64,000 nucleotides of DNA, from positions 192,001-256,000 of the forward strand of contig CAVZMH010000015.1 of NCBI GenBank assembly GCA_963776345.1, read 5' to 3'. Below the pieces are notes generated by a model. It worked only from the letters and a program-made list of their open reading frames with translations. It made no database searches and had not been told where the DNA came from. Positions 41,807-52,503 of the stretch are shown piece after piece (position 1 is the first letter of the stretch; every line of letters begins with the position of its first letter). Source of the DNA: an uncultured delta proteobacterium (lineage in GTDB: Bacteria > Myxococcota > Myxococcia > Myxococcales > Myxococcaceae). A program made the position numbers and the translations under genes.

Positions 41807-43533
41807 TCAGGCCGCCTCGGCCTCGAGCTTGAATCCGCTGCGTTCGAGCATCTGCTTCAGCTCGGCCTTGTGGATGGCCTTGCCGTAGGCCTCCTGGGGC
41901 TCGACGAGCTTCTTCTTCACCAGGTCGAGCAGGGCGTCGTTCAGGGTCTGCATCCCGACGCCCTTCCCGGTCTGCATCATCGAGGGGATCTGGAAGGTCT
42001 TCCCCTCGCGGATGAGGTTGGCCACGCTGGAGGTGGCGATGAGGATCTCCATCGCCGCCACCCGGCCGCCCCCGATCTTCTTGCAGAGGGTCTGGGTGAT
42101 GACGCCCTTGAGGCTCTCGCTGAGCATCATCCGGATCTGCTCCTGCCGGTCGGCCGGGAACTGGTCGATGATCCGGTCCACGGTGCTGGGCGCGGTGTTG
42201 GTGTGCAGGGTGCCGAAGACCAGGTGGCCCGTCTCGGCGGTCTCGATGGCGATGGCGATGGTTTCGAGATCTCGCATCTCGCCCACCAGGACGATGTCCG
42301 GGTCCTCGCGGAGGGCGGCCCGGAGCGCGTGCTTGAACGACCCGGTGTGCACCCCGATCTCCCGCTGGTTCACCAGGCAGCGGCGGTTGGGATGGACGAA
42401 CTCGATCGGGTCCTCGATGGTGATGATGTGATCGTCCCGGTTCCGGTTGATGTGGTCGATCATCGAGGCCAGGGTGGTGCTCTTCCCCGAGCCGGTCGGG
42501 CCGGTCACCACCACCAGCCCCTTGTTGAGGAAGCACAGGTCCAGCACCGGCTGGGGAAGCCCCATCTCCGCCGCGGTGCGGATGGTGTTGGGGATCTGCC
42601 GCATCACGCAGCCGATGCCCTTGCGGTCGTCGAAGAGGTTCACCCGGAAGCGGGCCCGCGGGGTCTCGTAGGCGAAGTCGGTGTCCTTGATGGACTCCCA
42701 CTGCTCCCGGTTCTTCTCCGGGGCGATGGAGAAGAGCATCTCCTTGAGGCGGCCCGGTGCCAGCGGCGGGTAGCCTTCGACGGGAGTCATGTCCCCGTCG
42801 ATGCGGATGATGGGCGTGGTGTCGGAGGAGAGGTGGAGGTCCGACGCCTTCCGGTCCAGCATGAGATTGAGGAGCTGGTCCATCGCGCCCCGCGGGTCGG
42901 CCGAGGGGGTCGGAGCCGCGGGCTTGGCCGCGCGGGCGGGCTCGGACGCGGAGGCCGCGACGGGGGCGGGCGCCGGTGCGCTCGGCTTCCCCGGGGTCGT
43001 CCTCCCCGGGGTCGGCTGACCTGGGAGCTCGCGGAACGAGACGTCCTTGGCCACGCCGCGCCGGAACCCGGACTGGGAGCCGACCGGCACCCCGGTGACG
43101 GCGGGCGTCGGGGGGTGACGGCGGGCGTCGGGGGGGTGCCGACGCTCGCCGTGCCCGGGCCGTGCATGTACTCGTGCAGCATCTCGGCGGCGGAGGCGAG
43201 CTCGATCGCCTCCCCCTCCTCCTCGGCGCCCCTCCTCGCCGGCCGCACGATGGCGCGGACCTGGGCGCCGCTGCGCTCGAAGACGACCGCCACCCGTCCC
43301 GCCGGCGCGCCGTACTCGAAGCGCGTGGTGCCCGGCGCGGGGAAGCTGTTGCGCATCTCGCTCGGGGCGAGCTCGGCGAAGACACCGGCGATCTGCTGCG
43401 CGGTGAGCTGCTGCCGGAGCACCGGGACGTCGCCCGAGCCGGTGCGCATCAGCGCGGGGGCGCCGGTATCGAAGAGCAGCTCGGTGCCCTGCTCCTTGAT
43501 GAGTCGCTCGAAGATCGGATCAAGCCTGGCCAC
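41807..43533 (-). CDS. pilT: PilT/PilU-family ATPase with extra N-terminal domain; 1-nt frameshift at G-run 43110-43115
   Basis: ASDLHL, GPTGSGKST, TIEDPIE, LREDPD, AETGHL, TLHT, GMQT; the N-terminal frame (VARLDPIFERL...) joins in frame if G6 were G7. Confidence 0.85.
43096..43136. repeat. Two-copy tandem repeat (20 and 21 nt) inside the pilT linker
   Basis: TGACGGCGGGCGTC-G6 followed by TGACGGCGGGCGTC-G7; encodes TPPTPAV on the minus strand. Confidence 0.9.
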
Positions 43534-43549
43534 GGGCGCCGAGTTTACG

Positions 43550-44512
43550 TCAAACCGCCTCGTTGCTCGCATGGCCGGCGGTCGGAGATTCGAACCGGGC
43601 AATCAGCGGGACGTGGTCCGACAGTCCGCGGAACGGGCCTCTGCCGAACGGCTCGGTGCCGGTGAGGTCCACCCAGCGGATGCCGTTGCCGCCGAAGAGG
43701 TGGTCGAGGTGCATCCGGAGTCGGAAGAAGCCGGCGGTGGGGAACCCGCTGTGGGACCCGTCGATCTGCTTCAGCACCTCCTGGGCTCCGACCCATCCCA
43801 CCTCCTCCGACAGGTACCGGTACACCGGCGAGGCCGGGGAGGAGTTGAAGTCGCCGCAGACGACGAACGGCTCCCCGTCGGCGTGGGCCTGGACGAAGGT
43901 GGACAGCTTCTTGGCCTCGAAGAGCTGGTTGAGGCCGAAGCCCATCTTCTCCTTCTCGCTCCAGAACTCGCGGGTGAAGGGCGTGGGCAGGCTGAGGTGG
44001 GTGTTGAAGACGTGGAAGGGACGGCCCGCCAGGGTGGCGAGCTTCACGTGCGCGCAGATGCGGCTCTGCTTGGAATCCTTCAGCCGGGCCACGTGGTGGT
44101 GGGTGATGGCGTGCGGGCTGAGCACGTTGTGGCCCTCGACCCGCAGCCGGTTCCGATTGACGATGACCGCCAGGCCCGTCGTGTAGAGCATCGTCGAGCG
44201 GAACTGGTAGGCGTGCGCGTGGAAGTGGAAGGCGTCGTACGGGAACGCCAGCCTCGAGCGCTGGAACGCCTGCTCGAACGCGGCCATGAACGCCTCCAGC
44301 TGGGTGTGCCTGTGCCTGCCGCGAAAGACGACCGTGCTCCGGAGCGAGCGTGTCTCGACCTCCTGGAGACAGATGACGTCCGCGAGCGGCGTCAGGCTCG
44401 CCAGCCGCTGGGCGATGCGCTCCAGCGAGGTCCGGGTGGTGGCCAGCCCTCGGAGCGCGTGCCCGAAGTACCGGACGTTGTAGCTGAGGATGCGGAGCGG
44501 CCGCTCGGGCAT
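43550..44512 (-). CDS. Endonuclease/exonuclease/phosphatase family protein
   Basis: LSYNV, CLQEV, NTHL, GDFN, LDH, SDH. Confidence 0.92.
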   Translation of the reverse strand: MPERPLRILSYNVRYFGHALRGLATTRTSLERIAQRLASLTPLADVICLQEVETRSLRSTVVFRGRHRHTQLEAFMAAFEQAFQRSRLAFPYDAFHFHAHAYQFRSTMLYTTGLAVIVNRNRLRVEGHNVLSPHAITHHHVARLKDSKQSRICAHVKLATLAGRPFHVFNTHLSLPTPFTREFWSEKEKMGFGLNQLFEAKKLSTFVQAHADGEPFVVCGDFNSSPASPVYRYLSEEVGWVGAQEVLKQIDGSHSGFPTAGFFRLRMHLDHLFGGNGIRWVDLTGTEPFGRGPFRGLSDHVPLIARFESPTAGHASNEAV

Positions 44513-44592
44513 GGGTTCCGGGGGAGGTCTCCAAAATAGCGCGGACTGGAAGGCGCGCGAGAGCGCCCGAGTGTCCGCTAACGTGCGCCCTC

Positions 44593-46176
44593 ATGGGAAT
44601 GAAGGACGCGGTCGAGCGGCTGGCCGAGCTGAAGGCCCGGAAGGCCGAGATGGGTGGCACCCAGCGGGTCGAGCGCCAGCACGGCCGGCGGAAGCTGGAC
44701 GCGCGGCAGCGGCTGGCGCTCCTCTTCGACCCGGGCTCGGTGCAGGAGCTGGGGATGCTCGCCGCGGCCGAGGGACGCCTCCCCTCCGAGGAGGACCCGG
44801 CGCGGCCCACCGCGGCGGACGGGGTGATCACCGCCTTCGGCACCGTCGAGGGCCGGCCGGTGGCGGCGGCGGTCTACGACTTCACCGTGCTCGGGGGGAG
44901 CATCGGCGAGGTGGGCGAGCGGAAGGTGACCCGGCTGCGGGATCTGGCCCTCAAGGCCAGGACTCCCATCGTCTGGCTGGTGGACTCGGGGGGAGCGAGG
45001 CTCGAGGCCGGCGGCGAGGTGGATCCGCGGCGGCTCGCCGGCTTCGCCGACACCGGATACCTGTTCCGCGAGCAGTCGGTCCTCAGCGGGGTGGTGCCGC
45101 AGGTCTCGGCGATGCTCGGGCCCGGGGCGGCGGGGACGGCGTACATCCCGGGGCTGGCCGACTACGTGCCGATGGTCAAGGAGATCGGCAGCATCGCCGT
45201 GGGCGGCCCGGCGCTGGTGAAGAGCACGGTGGGCGAGGACGTGACCGAGCAGCAGCTCGGCGGGAGCAAGCTCCACAACGAGGTCTCGGGCGTCGCGGAC
45301 GGCGAGTTCCCGGACGACGCGTCGTGCATCGCGGCGGTGCGCGAGTACCTGTCGTTCTTCCCCTCGCACTGCGGCGAGAAGCCGCCCCGGCGGGTGGGCA
45401 ACGACCCCGCGGACCGGCGGGACGAGTCGCTCCTGAGCGTCGTCCCGGACAACCAGCGCCAGGCGTTCGACATGCACAAGGTCATCCTGGCGCTGGCGGA
45501 CGACCGGAAGTTCTTCCCGCTCAAGCCCCGGTTCGCGCGGAACATCATCACCGGCCTGTGCCGGATCGACGGCTGGAGCGTGGGGGTGGTGGCCAGCAAC
45601 TCGATGTTCCTCGGCGGGGTGCTCGACGTCGCGGCGTCGGACAAGGCGGCGCGGTTCATCGCCCTGTGCGACGCGTTCCGGATTCCGCTCCTCTTCCTGC
45701 AGGACGTTCCCGGATTCCTGGTGGGGACCCGGGCCGAGCAGTCGGGGCTCATCCGCCACGGCGCCCGGATGCTGCAGCTGGTCTCCAACGCGACGGTCCC
45801 CAAGCTCACGGTGGTCGTCCGCAAGGGCTTCGGCGCCGGCTACTACGTGATGAACGGCCGGGCGTACGAGCCCGACCTCCTGGTGGCCTGGCCGGACGCG
45901 GAGATCGGCATCATGGGCGCCGAGGGGCTGGTCTCCATCGGGGCGAAGAAGCTGCTGGAGCAGGCCGAGAGCCCCGAGGCGGCCAAGGCGATGAAGGAGG
46001 AGCTCGCCGCCGGGCTCCGCCCCCACGTGCGCATCGATCGCGCGGCGGCCCTGGCGATGGTGGACGACGTCATCGACCCGCGCGACACCCGGAAGGCGCT
46101 GGCGATGGCGCTGGCCCGGACCGCGAACAAGCACGTGGAGCGCCCCTGGCGGCGGCGCGAGGTGCCGCCGTTCTAG
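44593..46176 (+). CDS. Acyl-CoA carboxylase carboxyltransferase (beta) subunit
   Basis: GVITAFG, DFTVLGGS, DSGGARL, GPALVK, DVPGF, RKGFGAG, DDVIDP. Confidence 0.92.
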   Translation: MGMKDAVERLAELKARKAEMGGTQRVERQHGRRKLDARQRLALLFDPGSVQELGMLAAAEGRLPSEEDPARPTAADGVITAFGTVEGRPVAAAVYDFTVLGGSIGEVGERKVTRLRDLALKARTPIVWLVDSGGARLEAGGEVDPRRLAGFADTGYLFREQSVLSGVVPQVSAMLGPGAAGTAYIPGLADYVPMVKEIGSIAVGGPALVKSTVGEDVTEQQLGGSKLHNEVSGVADGEFPDDASCIAAVREYLSFFPSHCGEKPPRRVGNDPADRRDESLLSVVPDNQRQAFDMHKVILALADDRKFFPLKPRFARNIITGLCRIDGWSVGVVASNSMFLGGVLDVAASDKAARFIALCDAFRIPLLFLQDVPGFLVGTRAEQSGLIRHGARMLQLVSNATVPKLTVVVRKGFGAGYYVMNGRAYEPDLLVAWPDAEIGIMGAEGLVSIGAKKLLEQAESPEAAKAMKEELAAGLRPHVRIDRAAALAMVDDVIDPRDTRKALAMALARTANKHVERPWRRREVPPF

Positions 46177-46186
46177 GGGCGGCATC

Positions 46187-46657
46187 TCAGTCGTCTCCGA
46201 CCGAGACGGCGTCCTCGACCTCCATCAGGAAGTACTCGCCGAAGCTGTCGGCCAGCCTCACCGGGTCCTCCCCCTCGGCAGAGAGCTGGACGACGGGAAC
46301 CTCGCCGACGCGGTCGGGGTGCGCCGTGTCGAGGCAGTCGAACGTCCCGTCGCCGAGCGCACCGATGATCACGTAGCGCGGGGCGAGGTCGATGTCGCGA
46401 CGCGCCTCCAGGGTCATCCAGATCGCGTCCGGCACGGCCGACTTGGTGAAGTCCTCGTCGACGACGCCGTAGACCTCGAAGCCGGCGACGCTCCCGGAGC
46501 CCAGCTCGAGGAGGAACTGGCGATAGCTCGGCGGAAACGCCAGGCCGAGGACGGCCTCGGCGCGCGCGACGAGTGACTCCGGCTTGGGGCCCTCGAATTC
46601 GCCGCCGCCGGCGTTGGTGATCAGCTCGCGGGCCCGGCGGAACTTCTCGATGCTCAT
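46187..46657 (-). CDS. SMI1/KNR4 (SUKH) family immunity-type protein
   Basis: AEAVLGLAFPPSYRQFL, CLD, LADSFGEYF. Confidence 0.85.
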   Translation of the reverse strand: MSIEKFRRARELITNAGGGEFEGPKPESLVARAEAVLGLAFPPSYRQFLLELGSGSVAGFEVYGVVDEDFTKSAVPDAIWMTLEARRDIDLAPRYVIIGALGDGTFDCLDTAHPDRVGEVPVVQLSAEGEDPVRLADSFGEYFLMEVEDAVSVGDD

Positions 46658-46761
46658 GGGCGAGAGCCTAGCCCGCCGTCGTCACGGTCACGTCTGCTTT
46701 CGCGACGACCGATCAAGGCGATGGCGCATCTCTGGCCTTCACGATGAGAATAGCCCCGGTG

Positions 46762-47355
46762 ATGGACGACGAGGCCACCGGCTCGGCCCTCCGCCAGGCA
46801 GTGGACGCCCTGGAGCGGACGGGCCTGCTCCTGCTCCATGACGCGAAGAGGCCGAGCCTCACCGCGCTGGTGGCCGGAGCGCCCATCCGCGGCTCCTGGT
46901 GGGGTCACCCGGCCGGGAAGCGCATCTTCCAGGTGGCGAGCGCGCTCGAGGACGGCGGGGAGGTGCTGTTCGTCCCGCTGCTCTCGGCGAAGGTGACGCT
47001 GATTCACCGGCGTCTCTGGCCGGCTCTGGTGAGCGTGGGCGAGGAGCGCGCACCGTGGCAGATGGACCCGCTCACGCCGGCGGCCCGGGCGCTGCTCGAC
47101 GAGGTCGAGCGGGCGGGACGATTCCGCGCCTCGGGGCCGAGCTCGAAGTCGCTCGCCCGTGCGCTGCTGGTGCATGCCGAGCAGGTCCACACCGAGGGCG
47201 GGCTCGCACGCGACCGAGCTCGTGTCCTGGCGCGAGGTGCGGCGGCAGCGCGGGGTCGACGAACGGCTGACGCCCCACGAGGCCCGGCCATGCTAGAGTC
47301 GGCGGCGTCGCAGCTCGGGACGCTCTCCGCCCTTCCGTGGAACCGGACGCGGTGA
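46762..47355 (+). CDS. Conserved hypothetical protein (possible winged-helix/AlkZ-related) with two compensating indels
   Basis: GSWWGHPAG, KVTLIHRRLWPAL, VHTEGG; the +1 frame 47201-47287 reads GSHATELVSWREV. Confidence 0.6.
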   Translation: MDDEATGSALRQAVDALERTGLLLLHDAKRPSLTALVAGAPIRGSWWGHPAGKRIFQVASALEDGGEVLFVPLLSAKVTLIHRRLWPALVSVGEERAPWQMDPLTPAARALLDEVERAGRFRASGPSSKSLARALLVHAEQVHTEGGLARDRARVLARGAAAARGRRTADAPRGPAMLESAASQLGTLSALPWNRTR

Positions 47356-47395
47356 GCTCGACATCGCCCCGGGGCGCGACCCTGGAAGCGTGCCG

Positions 47396-48136
47396 CTACG
47401 TCACCAGCGCTACCGCCCAGCGCGCGAACGCCAGCCACGGCGCGGTCCGCCAGATGAGGACCCTCAGCAGCTGGGTCGCGACGAGGAACCCTCCGGCGAG
47501 CACCGTCACCCGATGGACCCTGCCTCCCGAGCGGAGGTCCCAGGCGGCGAGCGCGAGCAACCCCAGATCCGGGAGCACGAAGGTGACGACGTAGTCCGAG
47601 AGGAACGACGGCGTGGGCATGCGGCCGATCGCGGGAGACATGAGCCCGACCATCGCCACGAACATCAGCCGCTTGTGAATCTGCGGCTTCCGGCGCCGGG
47701 CGAGCGCCGAGCCGACGAGCACGGCAAAGACGGGGATGTCGAACAGAGGCACCGCTAGCCAGGTGAGCGGAGGAAGCACCGGCGGGCCGGATCCGCGCGC
47801 GGCCTGGTGGAGGGCGGTGAGCGTCCCGACGATGACCATCGCGACCGCGAGCACGGCGCCGGAGACGCCGAGCCGGCGGTGGAGGTCGGTTCGCCTGACG
47901 GCGACCAGGCCCGTCTGAATCACGAACAGCACCACCCAGGAGGAAAAAAGCAGCGCGTGGAGGTGCACCAGCGGCGTCGGCGGCACGAGCGGCGCGTACG
48001 GCTTGACGATCCCGCGGAGGTAGTAGGAGGGGGCGAAGCCGAGAAAGACGAGGAGCAGGAACACCCCCGCCATCCCGACGAAGAACGTCCTCTCCTCGAG
48101 GGTACGGCTCCGCGCAAGGGGCGGACTGACCTGCAT
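47396..48136 (-). CDS. Multi-pass membrane protein with conserved His residues
   Basis: About 7 hydrophobic segments; VHLHA, DLHRRLG, IHKRLM, VHRVT. Confidence 0.8.
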   Translation of the reverse strand: MQVSPPLARSRTLEERTFFVGMAGVFLLLVFLGFAPSYYLRGIVKPYAPLVPPTPLVHLHALLFSSWVVLFVIQTGLVAVRRTDLHRRLGVSGAVLAVAMVIVGTLTALHQAARGSGPPVLPPLTWLAVPLFDIPVFAVLVGSALARRRKPQIHKRLMFVAMVGLMSPAIGRMPTPSFLSDYVVTFVLPDLGLLALAAWDLRSGGRVHRVTVLAGGFLVATQLLRVLIWRTAPWLAFARWAVALVT

Positions 48137-48141
48137 CTGGC

Positions 48142-48969
48142 CTATCCGAGCCGGAGCAGTTCGCGGGCCTGCTGGGGCGTGGCGATCTCCCGGCCCTTCG
48201 CCCGGGCGCGCTTCGCCGCCTCGGCGACCAGCTCCCAGTTGCCCTTCGCCAGCACGCCCTTGCTCAGGAAGACGTTGTCCTCGAGCCCCACCCGGCCGTT
48301 GCCGCCCTTCCCTGCCGCGACCTCGGCCATCGGGAGCTGGTGGCGCCCCACTCCGGCCACCGTCCAGGTACTGCCCGGCGGGAGCGAGCCGATCATGAAG
48401 TCCAGCGCGCGCTCCGAGGCCCCGAGCGCGCCGGGGACCCCGAGCACGAAGTCGTAGTGCGCCGGGAGGTCCACCAGCCCATCCTTCGCCAGCCACTCGG
48501 CCTGCTCGACCATCCCTGCGTCGAAGCACTCGATCTCCGGCCGGATGCCGAGCGCCCGGATGCGCCGGGCGATCTCCTTCACCAGCGGGCGGGGATTGCT
48601 GAAGACGTCGTCGCCGAAGTTCACCGTGCCGGTGGTCAGCGTCGCCATGTCCGGTCGGTCGGCGCCGGTCAGGGTCAGCGGGCCGCAGCGCTCGTCCACG
48701 CTCATCCCCACCGCGCCGCCGGTGGAGGTCTGGATGAGCACGTCGCAGCGCGCGCGGATGGCGCGGATGGCGGCCCGGAACAGCTCGGCCTCCTGCGACG
48801 GCGTCCCGTCGGCCCGGCGGACATGCAGGTGGACCATCGCCGCGCCGGCCTCGCGGCAGCGGGCGGCGTCCTCGGCGATCTCCTCGGCGGTGATCGGGAG
48901 GTACGGCGTCTGCTCGCGCGTCGTCTCCGCCCCGACCATCGCCGCGGTGATGACGTACGGACGGCTCAT
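48142..48969 (-). CDS. kce: 3-keto-5-aminohexanoate cleavage enzyme
   Basis: [27 protein letters not shown]; operon context. Confidence 0.92.
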   Translation of the reverse strand: MSRPYVITAAMVGAETTREQTPYLPITAEEIAEDAARCREAGAAMVHLHVRRADGTPSQEAELFRAAIRAIRARCDVLIQTSTGGAVGMSVDERCGPLTLTGADRPDMATLTTGTVNFGDDVFSNPRPLVKEIARRIRALGIRPEIECFDAGMVEQAEWLAKDGLVDLPAHYDFVLGVPGALGASERALDFMIGSLPPGSTWTVAGVGRHQLPMAEVAAGKGGNGRVGLEDNVFLSKGVLAKGNWELVAEAAKRARAKGREIATPQQARELLRLG

Positions 48970-49358
48970 CGCTTCACCCGCTGCTTGTCGAGCGGCACCA
49001 CGCAGGTGCCCGTCGCCCGGCACACGACCACCGGCTGCGCGAGCGCCTCCGCGGCCGACTCGGACACGCCGGGCAGCGGCTGGATCACCTTCCGGGCCTC
49101 GAACCGCATCTTGCGGCTCGTCCGGCCCACCTCGGTGATCTCCCCTTCCGCCTCGATGAAGTCACCGGCGTGCACCGGGGCGAGGAACTCCACCGAGTCG
49201 TAGGCCCGGAACAGGCCCTCGTCGCCGTCGTGGAGGATGCAGAGCTCGGTCGCCACGTCGCCGAACAGCCCGAGCATCCGGGCTCCGTCCACCAGGCCTC
49301 CGCCGTAGTGGGCGTCATGGCTGGACATGCGCAGCCGGAGCACCGCACGCACGCTCAT
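48966..49358 (-). CDS. kal: 3-aminobutyryl-CoA ammonia-lyase (hotdog fold)
   Basis: [33 protein letters not shown]. Confidence 0.92.
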   Translation of the reverse strand: MSVRAVLRLRMSSHDAHYGGGLVDGARMLGLFGDVATELCILHDGDEGLFRAYDSVEFLAPVHAGDFIEAEGEITEVGRTSRKMRFEARKVIQPLPGVSESAAEALAQPVVVCRATGTCVVPLDKQRVKR

Positions 49359-50137
49359 TCCGGTTCTCCCTCGAAGTGCAGATCTTCGGGCTCCTTGCCC
49401 ATCTTTTTCAGCAGTGCGTGGACGATGTAGTTCGCCACGTCGGAGGGCTTGGTTCCGGGCCCGAAGCCCGCGTCGAATCCCAGCTCCAGCGCCAGCTTGT
49501 GGTCCACCCGCGGACCGCCGAGCAGGAGGATGGTCTTCCCCTTGAGCCCCTGCTCCTTGGCCACGTCGATGAACTGCCGGCTGTTGTCCTTGTGCACGTC
49601 GCGCTGGGTCACCACCTGGGAGACGAGGATCGCGTCGGCCTTCTTCTCCTCCGCCCGGCGGATCAGCTCCTCGTTCGGGACCTGGCTCCCCAGGTTGTAC
49701 GCTTCGAACCAGGGGTAACGCTCCAGCCCGTAGTCGCCGGCGTAGCCCTTCATGTTCAGGATCGCGTCGATGCCCACGGTGTGGGTGTCGGTCCCGGTGC
49801 AGGCGCCCAGCACCACCACCCGCCGGGCGATCCGGTCCTCGATGAGCTTGTTCAGCTCGGCGAATCCGAGCTTCTTGAAGACGATCTCCGGGACGTCGAT
49901 GCTCGCGTAGTCCAGCGACACGTCGGCCCGGGCGTACACGACGAAGAAGGTGTAGTTGTCCGCCGCCGGCTCGGCCGCCGCCACCTTCACGTCGAGCAGC
50001 CCGAGCTCGGTGCAGAACCGGCGGGCCGCCTCCTTCGCCTTGTCCGACAGCGGCACGGGGAGCGTGAACGCCAGCTGGATGACCCCGTCGTCCCGGCGGT
50101 CTCCGTACGCCCGGATGAGGTGCGTCTCGCCGGCCAT
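49355..50137 (-). CDS. kamE: Lysine 5,6-aminomutase beta subunit (B12-binding)
   Basis: [24 protein letters not shown] (DxHxxG), [11 protein letters not shown]. Confidence 0.93.
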   Translation of the reverse strand: MAGETHLIRAYGDRRDDGVIQLAFTLPVPLSDKAKEAARRFCTELGLLDVKVAAAEPAADNYTFFVVYARADVSLDYASIDVPEIVFKKLGFAELNKLIEDRIARRVVVLGACTGTDTHTVGIDAILNMKGYAGDYGLERYPWFEAYNLGSQVPNEELIRRAEEKKADAILVSQVVTQRDVHKDNSRQFIDVAKEQGLKGKTILLLGGPRVDHKLALELGFDAGFGPGTKPSDVANYIVHALLKKMGKEPEDLHFEGEPE

Positions 50138-51687
50138 CACCGCCCCTCCAGGATGTCGAGGAAGGGGTTGAAGTAGTCCGGCGCCTTCTCCAGCACTCCC
50201 TCGAGCCCCTTGCCGCCGGTCTCGGTCCGCTTCACGTCGCCGAAGCGGCCCTGGCCGATGGCCGCGACTAGGCCGTCCTGCCGGCACTCCTCGAGCAGCT
50301 CCATCGCCTTGCCGAAGACGAAGCGGGCCCGGTTGGCGATCTTCCCGTCCTCCCGGACGACGAACTCCTCGTCGATGCCTCGCGCCGCGCGGTGGACGTA
50401 CGCCGCCGACTTCAGCGCCACGTAGCGGTCGGCGAGCAGCGGGGTGTGCATCGCCTCGGTCATCATCCCCAGCAGCTGGATGCCCTGCCGCGTCCAGATG
50501 GCCACCAGGTCCGCCATCACGTCGTAGGCGTGGCTGAAGAAGATGTCGGTCTCCTTGTGCTTGGTCGGCGGCATGTACTTCAGCGGCGCGTCGGGGAAGC
50601 AGCGGCGGATCAGCATCGCCTGGCTCAGCTCGAGGAGCAGCGTCTCCGGACGGTGGGGGTCGATCTCGTAGCTGTGGCCGAGGCCCAGCTGCCAGTCCTG
50701 GAGCCCTGCTCTCTTGGCGAAGGCCTCGTTGATGAACTGGCTGGCGATGACGGTGTGCGCCGCGTCGTAGGCGTCGGCGGTGGTGATGTAGTTGTCCTCG
50801 CCGGTGTTGATGATGATGCCGGCCAGCGCGCAGATGCGGCGGCTGAAGTACTGGTCGATGAAGGTCCGGCGCATGTTGATGTCGCGGAACAGGATTCCGT
50901 ACATCGCGTCGTTGAGCAGCATGTCCAGCCGCTCCCAGGCCGCGGCGAAGGCGATCTCCGCCATGCACAGGCCCGAGGAGTAGTTGGTGAGCTGGATGTA
51001 GCGCTTCAGCCGGCGGGACTCGGCGTCGAGGGCCTCCCGCATGATGCGGAAGTTCTCCTGCGTGGCGTACGTCCCGCCGTACCCCTCGGTGGTCGCCCCG
51101 TGCGGCACGTAGTCCAGGAGCGACTGGGCGGTGCTCCGGATGACGGCGATGATGTCCGCCCCGGCCTGGGCGGCGGCGAGCGCCTGGTCCACGTCGTCGT
51201 GGATGTTCCCGGTGGCGACGATGACGTACCGGTGCGGCGCCGGGGACATCGGGAACTCGCGGCGGAGCGCGTCGCGCTCGTCGATGCGCCGGCGGAGCTC
51301 GTCCACGGCGGACTCGGCCTCGCGGCGGACCTCGGCGCGCAGGTTGCCCTCGGTCTCGGGAGACAGGGGCGCGAGCTTCGCGACGGGCAGCGCGGCGATG
51401 CGCTCCACCGCGTCCAGCGGGCTGGCCGCCCCGAGCTGGAGCGCGCGGCCGTACCAGTACGCCGCCCCCCGGTTGAGCACCCCGGCCGCCTTGAGCCGGT
51501 CGGTCATCAGATTCGTGAGCGGGATGCCGCCCGGGCCGGCGTCGGACATCCCGAAGAGCCGCAGCACGGTGCGCTCCACCGAGATGGTGGTGTGCCGGCG
51601 GATGAGGTCGAACACCGGCTCGATGACCTGGGAGGCGATGCCGCGGGCCTGGGCGACCTGCGCGTCGTCGACGAAGGGTCCTGGCAT
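50137..51687 (-). CDS. kamD: Lysine 5,6-aminomutase alpha subunit
   Basis: [49 protein letters not shown]. Confidence 0.95.
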   Translation of the reverse strand: MPGPFVDDAQVAQARGIASQVIEPVFDLIRRHTTISVERTVLRLFGMSDAGPGGIPLTNLMTDRLKAAGVLNRGAAYWYGRALQLGAASPLDAVERIAALPVAKLAPLSPETEGNLRAEVRREAESAVDELRRRIDERDALRREFPMSPAPHRYVIVATGNIHDDVDQALAAAQAGADIIAVIRSTAQSLLDYVPHGATTEGYGGTYATQENFRIMREALDAESRRLKRYIQLTNYSSGLCMAEIAFAAAWERLDMLLNDAMYGILFRDINMRRTFIDQYFSRRICALAGIIINTGEDNYITTADAYDAAHTVIASQFINEAFAKRAGLQDWQLGLGHSYEIDPHRPETLLLELSQAMLIRRCFPDAPLKYMPPTKHKETDIFFSHAYDVMADLVAIWTRQGIQLLGMMTEAMHTPLLADRYVALKSAAYVHRAARGIDEEFVVREDGKIANRARFVFGKAMELLEECRQDGLVAAIGQGRFGDVKRTETGGKGLEGVLEKAPDYFNPFLDILEGR

Positions 51688-51890
51688 GACACGCAACCCG
51701 TAGCCCACCCAGTGGACCCGGGGCAACCCGAACCGTCTCTGGGGAAGGTTCGGGGATCGCCTCTCACCCGGTCGCGTTGACCGGCCACGGGCATCACGCC
51801 GCCCCTGGGACAGCAGGGGCCGCGACAGACCGCCTCGGACGAAGCCGGAGACCTGCCGATGTCGTAGAACCTTGAGGGAGGCGAGCGCAG

Positions 51891-52310
51891 ATGAGTGAAA
51901 CCGAGCTGGTTCCGATCGACCCGACGCCCGACGAGGTGCAGTACTTGGAAGATCGGATCTACGAGTTCAACTCGCGCGCAACCGGCATCACCGACGGCGA
52001 GTGGCTCGCGATCTTCGTGCGCGACGAGCGCGATCGGATCGTGGCGGGGATCTGCGGCAACACGTGGGGTGGCACGTGCGAGCTGCGCCAGTTCTGGGTG
52101 GAGGAGTCGCGGCGCCACCGTGGGGTCGGGACAGAGCTACTCCTCGCCGCCGAGCGCGAGGCGCGCCGGCGCGGCTGTACGCAAATCGTGCTGTCGACGT
52201 TCTCGTTCCAGGCGCCGGCGTTTTACGCGCGGCATGGCTTCGAGGTCGTCGCGACGATCGTGGATCATCCGCGCGGCCACGGGAATTTGCTGATGAGAAA
52301 GGTCGTCTAG
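51891..52310 (+). CDS. GNAT family N-acetyltransferase
   Basis: RHRGVGTELL, TFSFQAPAFYARHGF; GGAGG RBS. Confidence 0.9.
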   Translation: MSETELVPIDPTPDEVQYLEDRIYEFNSRATGITDGEWLAIFVRDERDRIVAGICGNTWGGTCELRQFWVEESRRHRGVGTELLLAAEREARRRGCTQIVLSTFSFQAPAFYARHGFEVVATIVDHPRGHGNLLMRKVV

Positions 52311-52503
52311 CGGGAGGAGTGCGCATGGGTCGCGGGCCGCGCGTCGTGAACGAGATCGTCCTCGCGCCGCTCCGAAAGTAGCTCAGCCCAAATGTAGGCG
52401 GACACAGGTCGCGACCACCTCGACCTCCGTGCGCGCCCGGGTCATCGGCGCCGCGGGCGAGATTGTTTGTTAGGTCCCGCGTCGGCGCGAGACTGTGGAG
52501 GGC

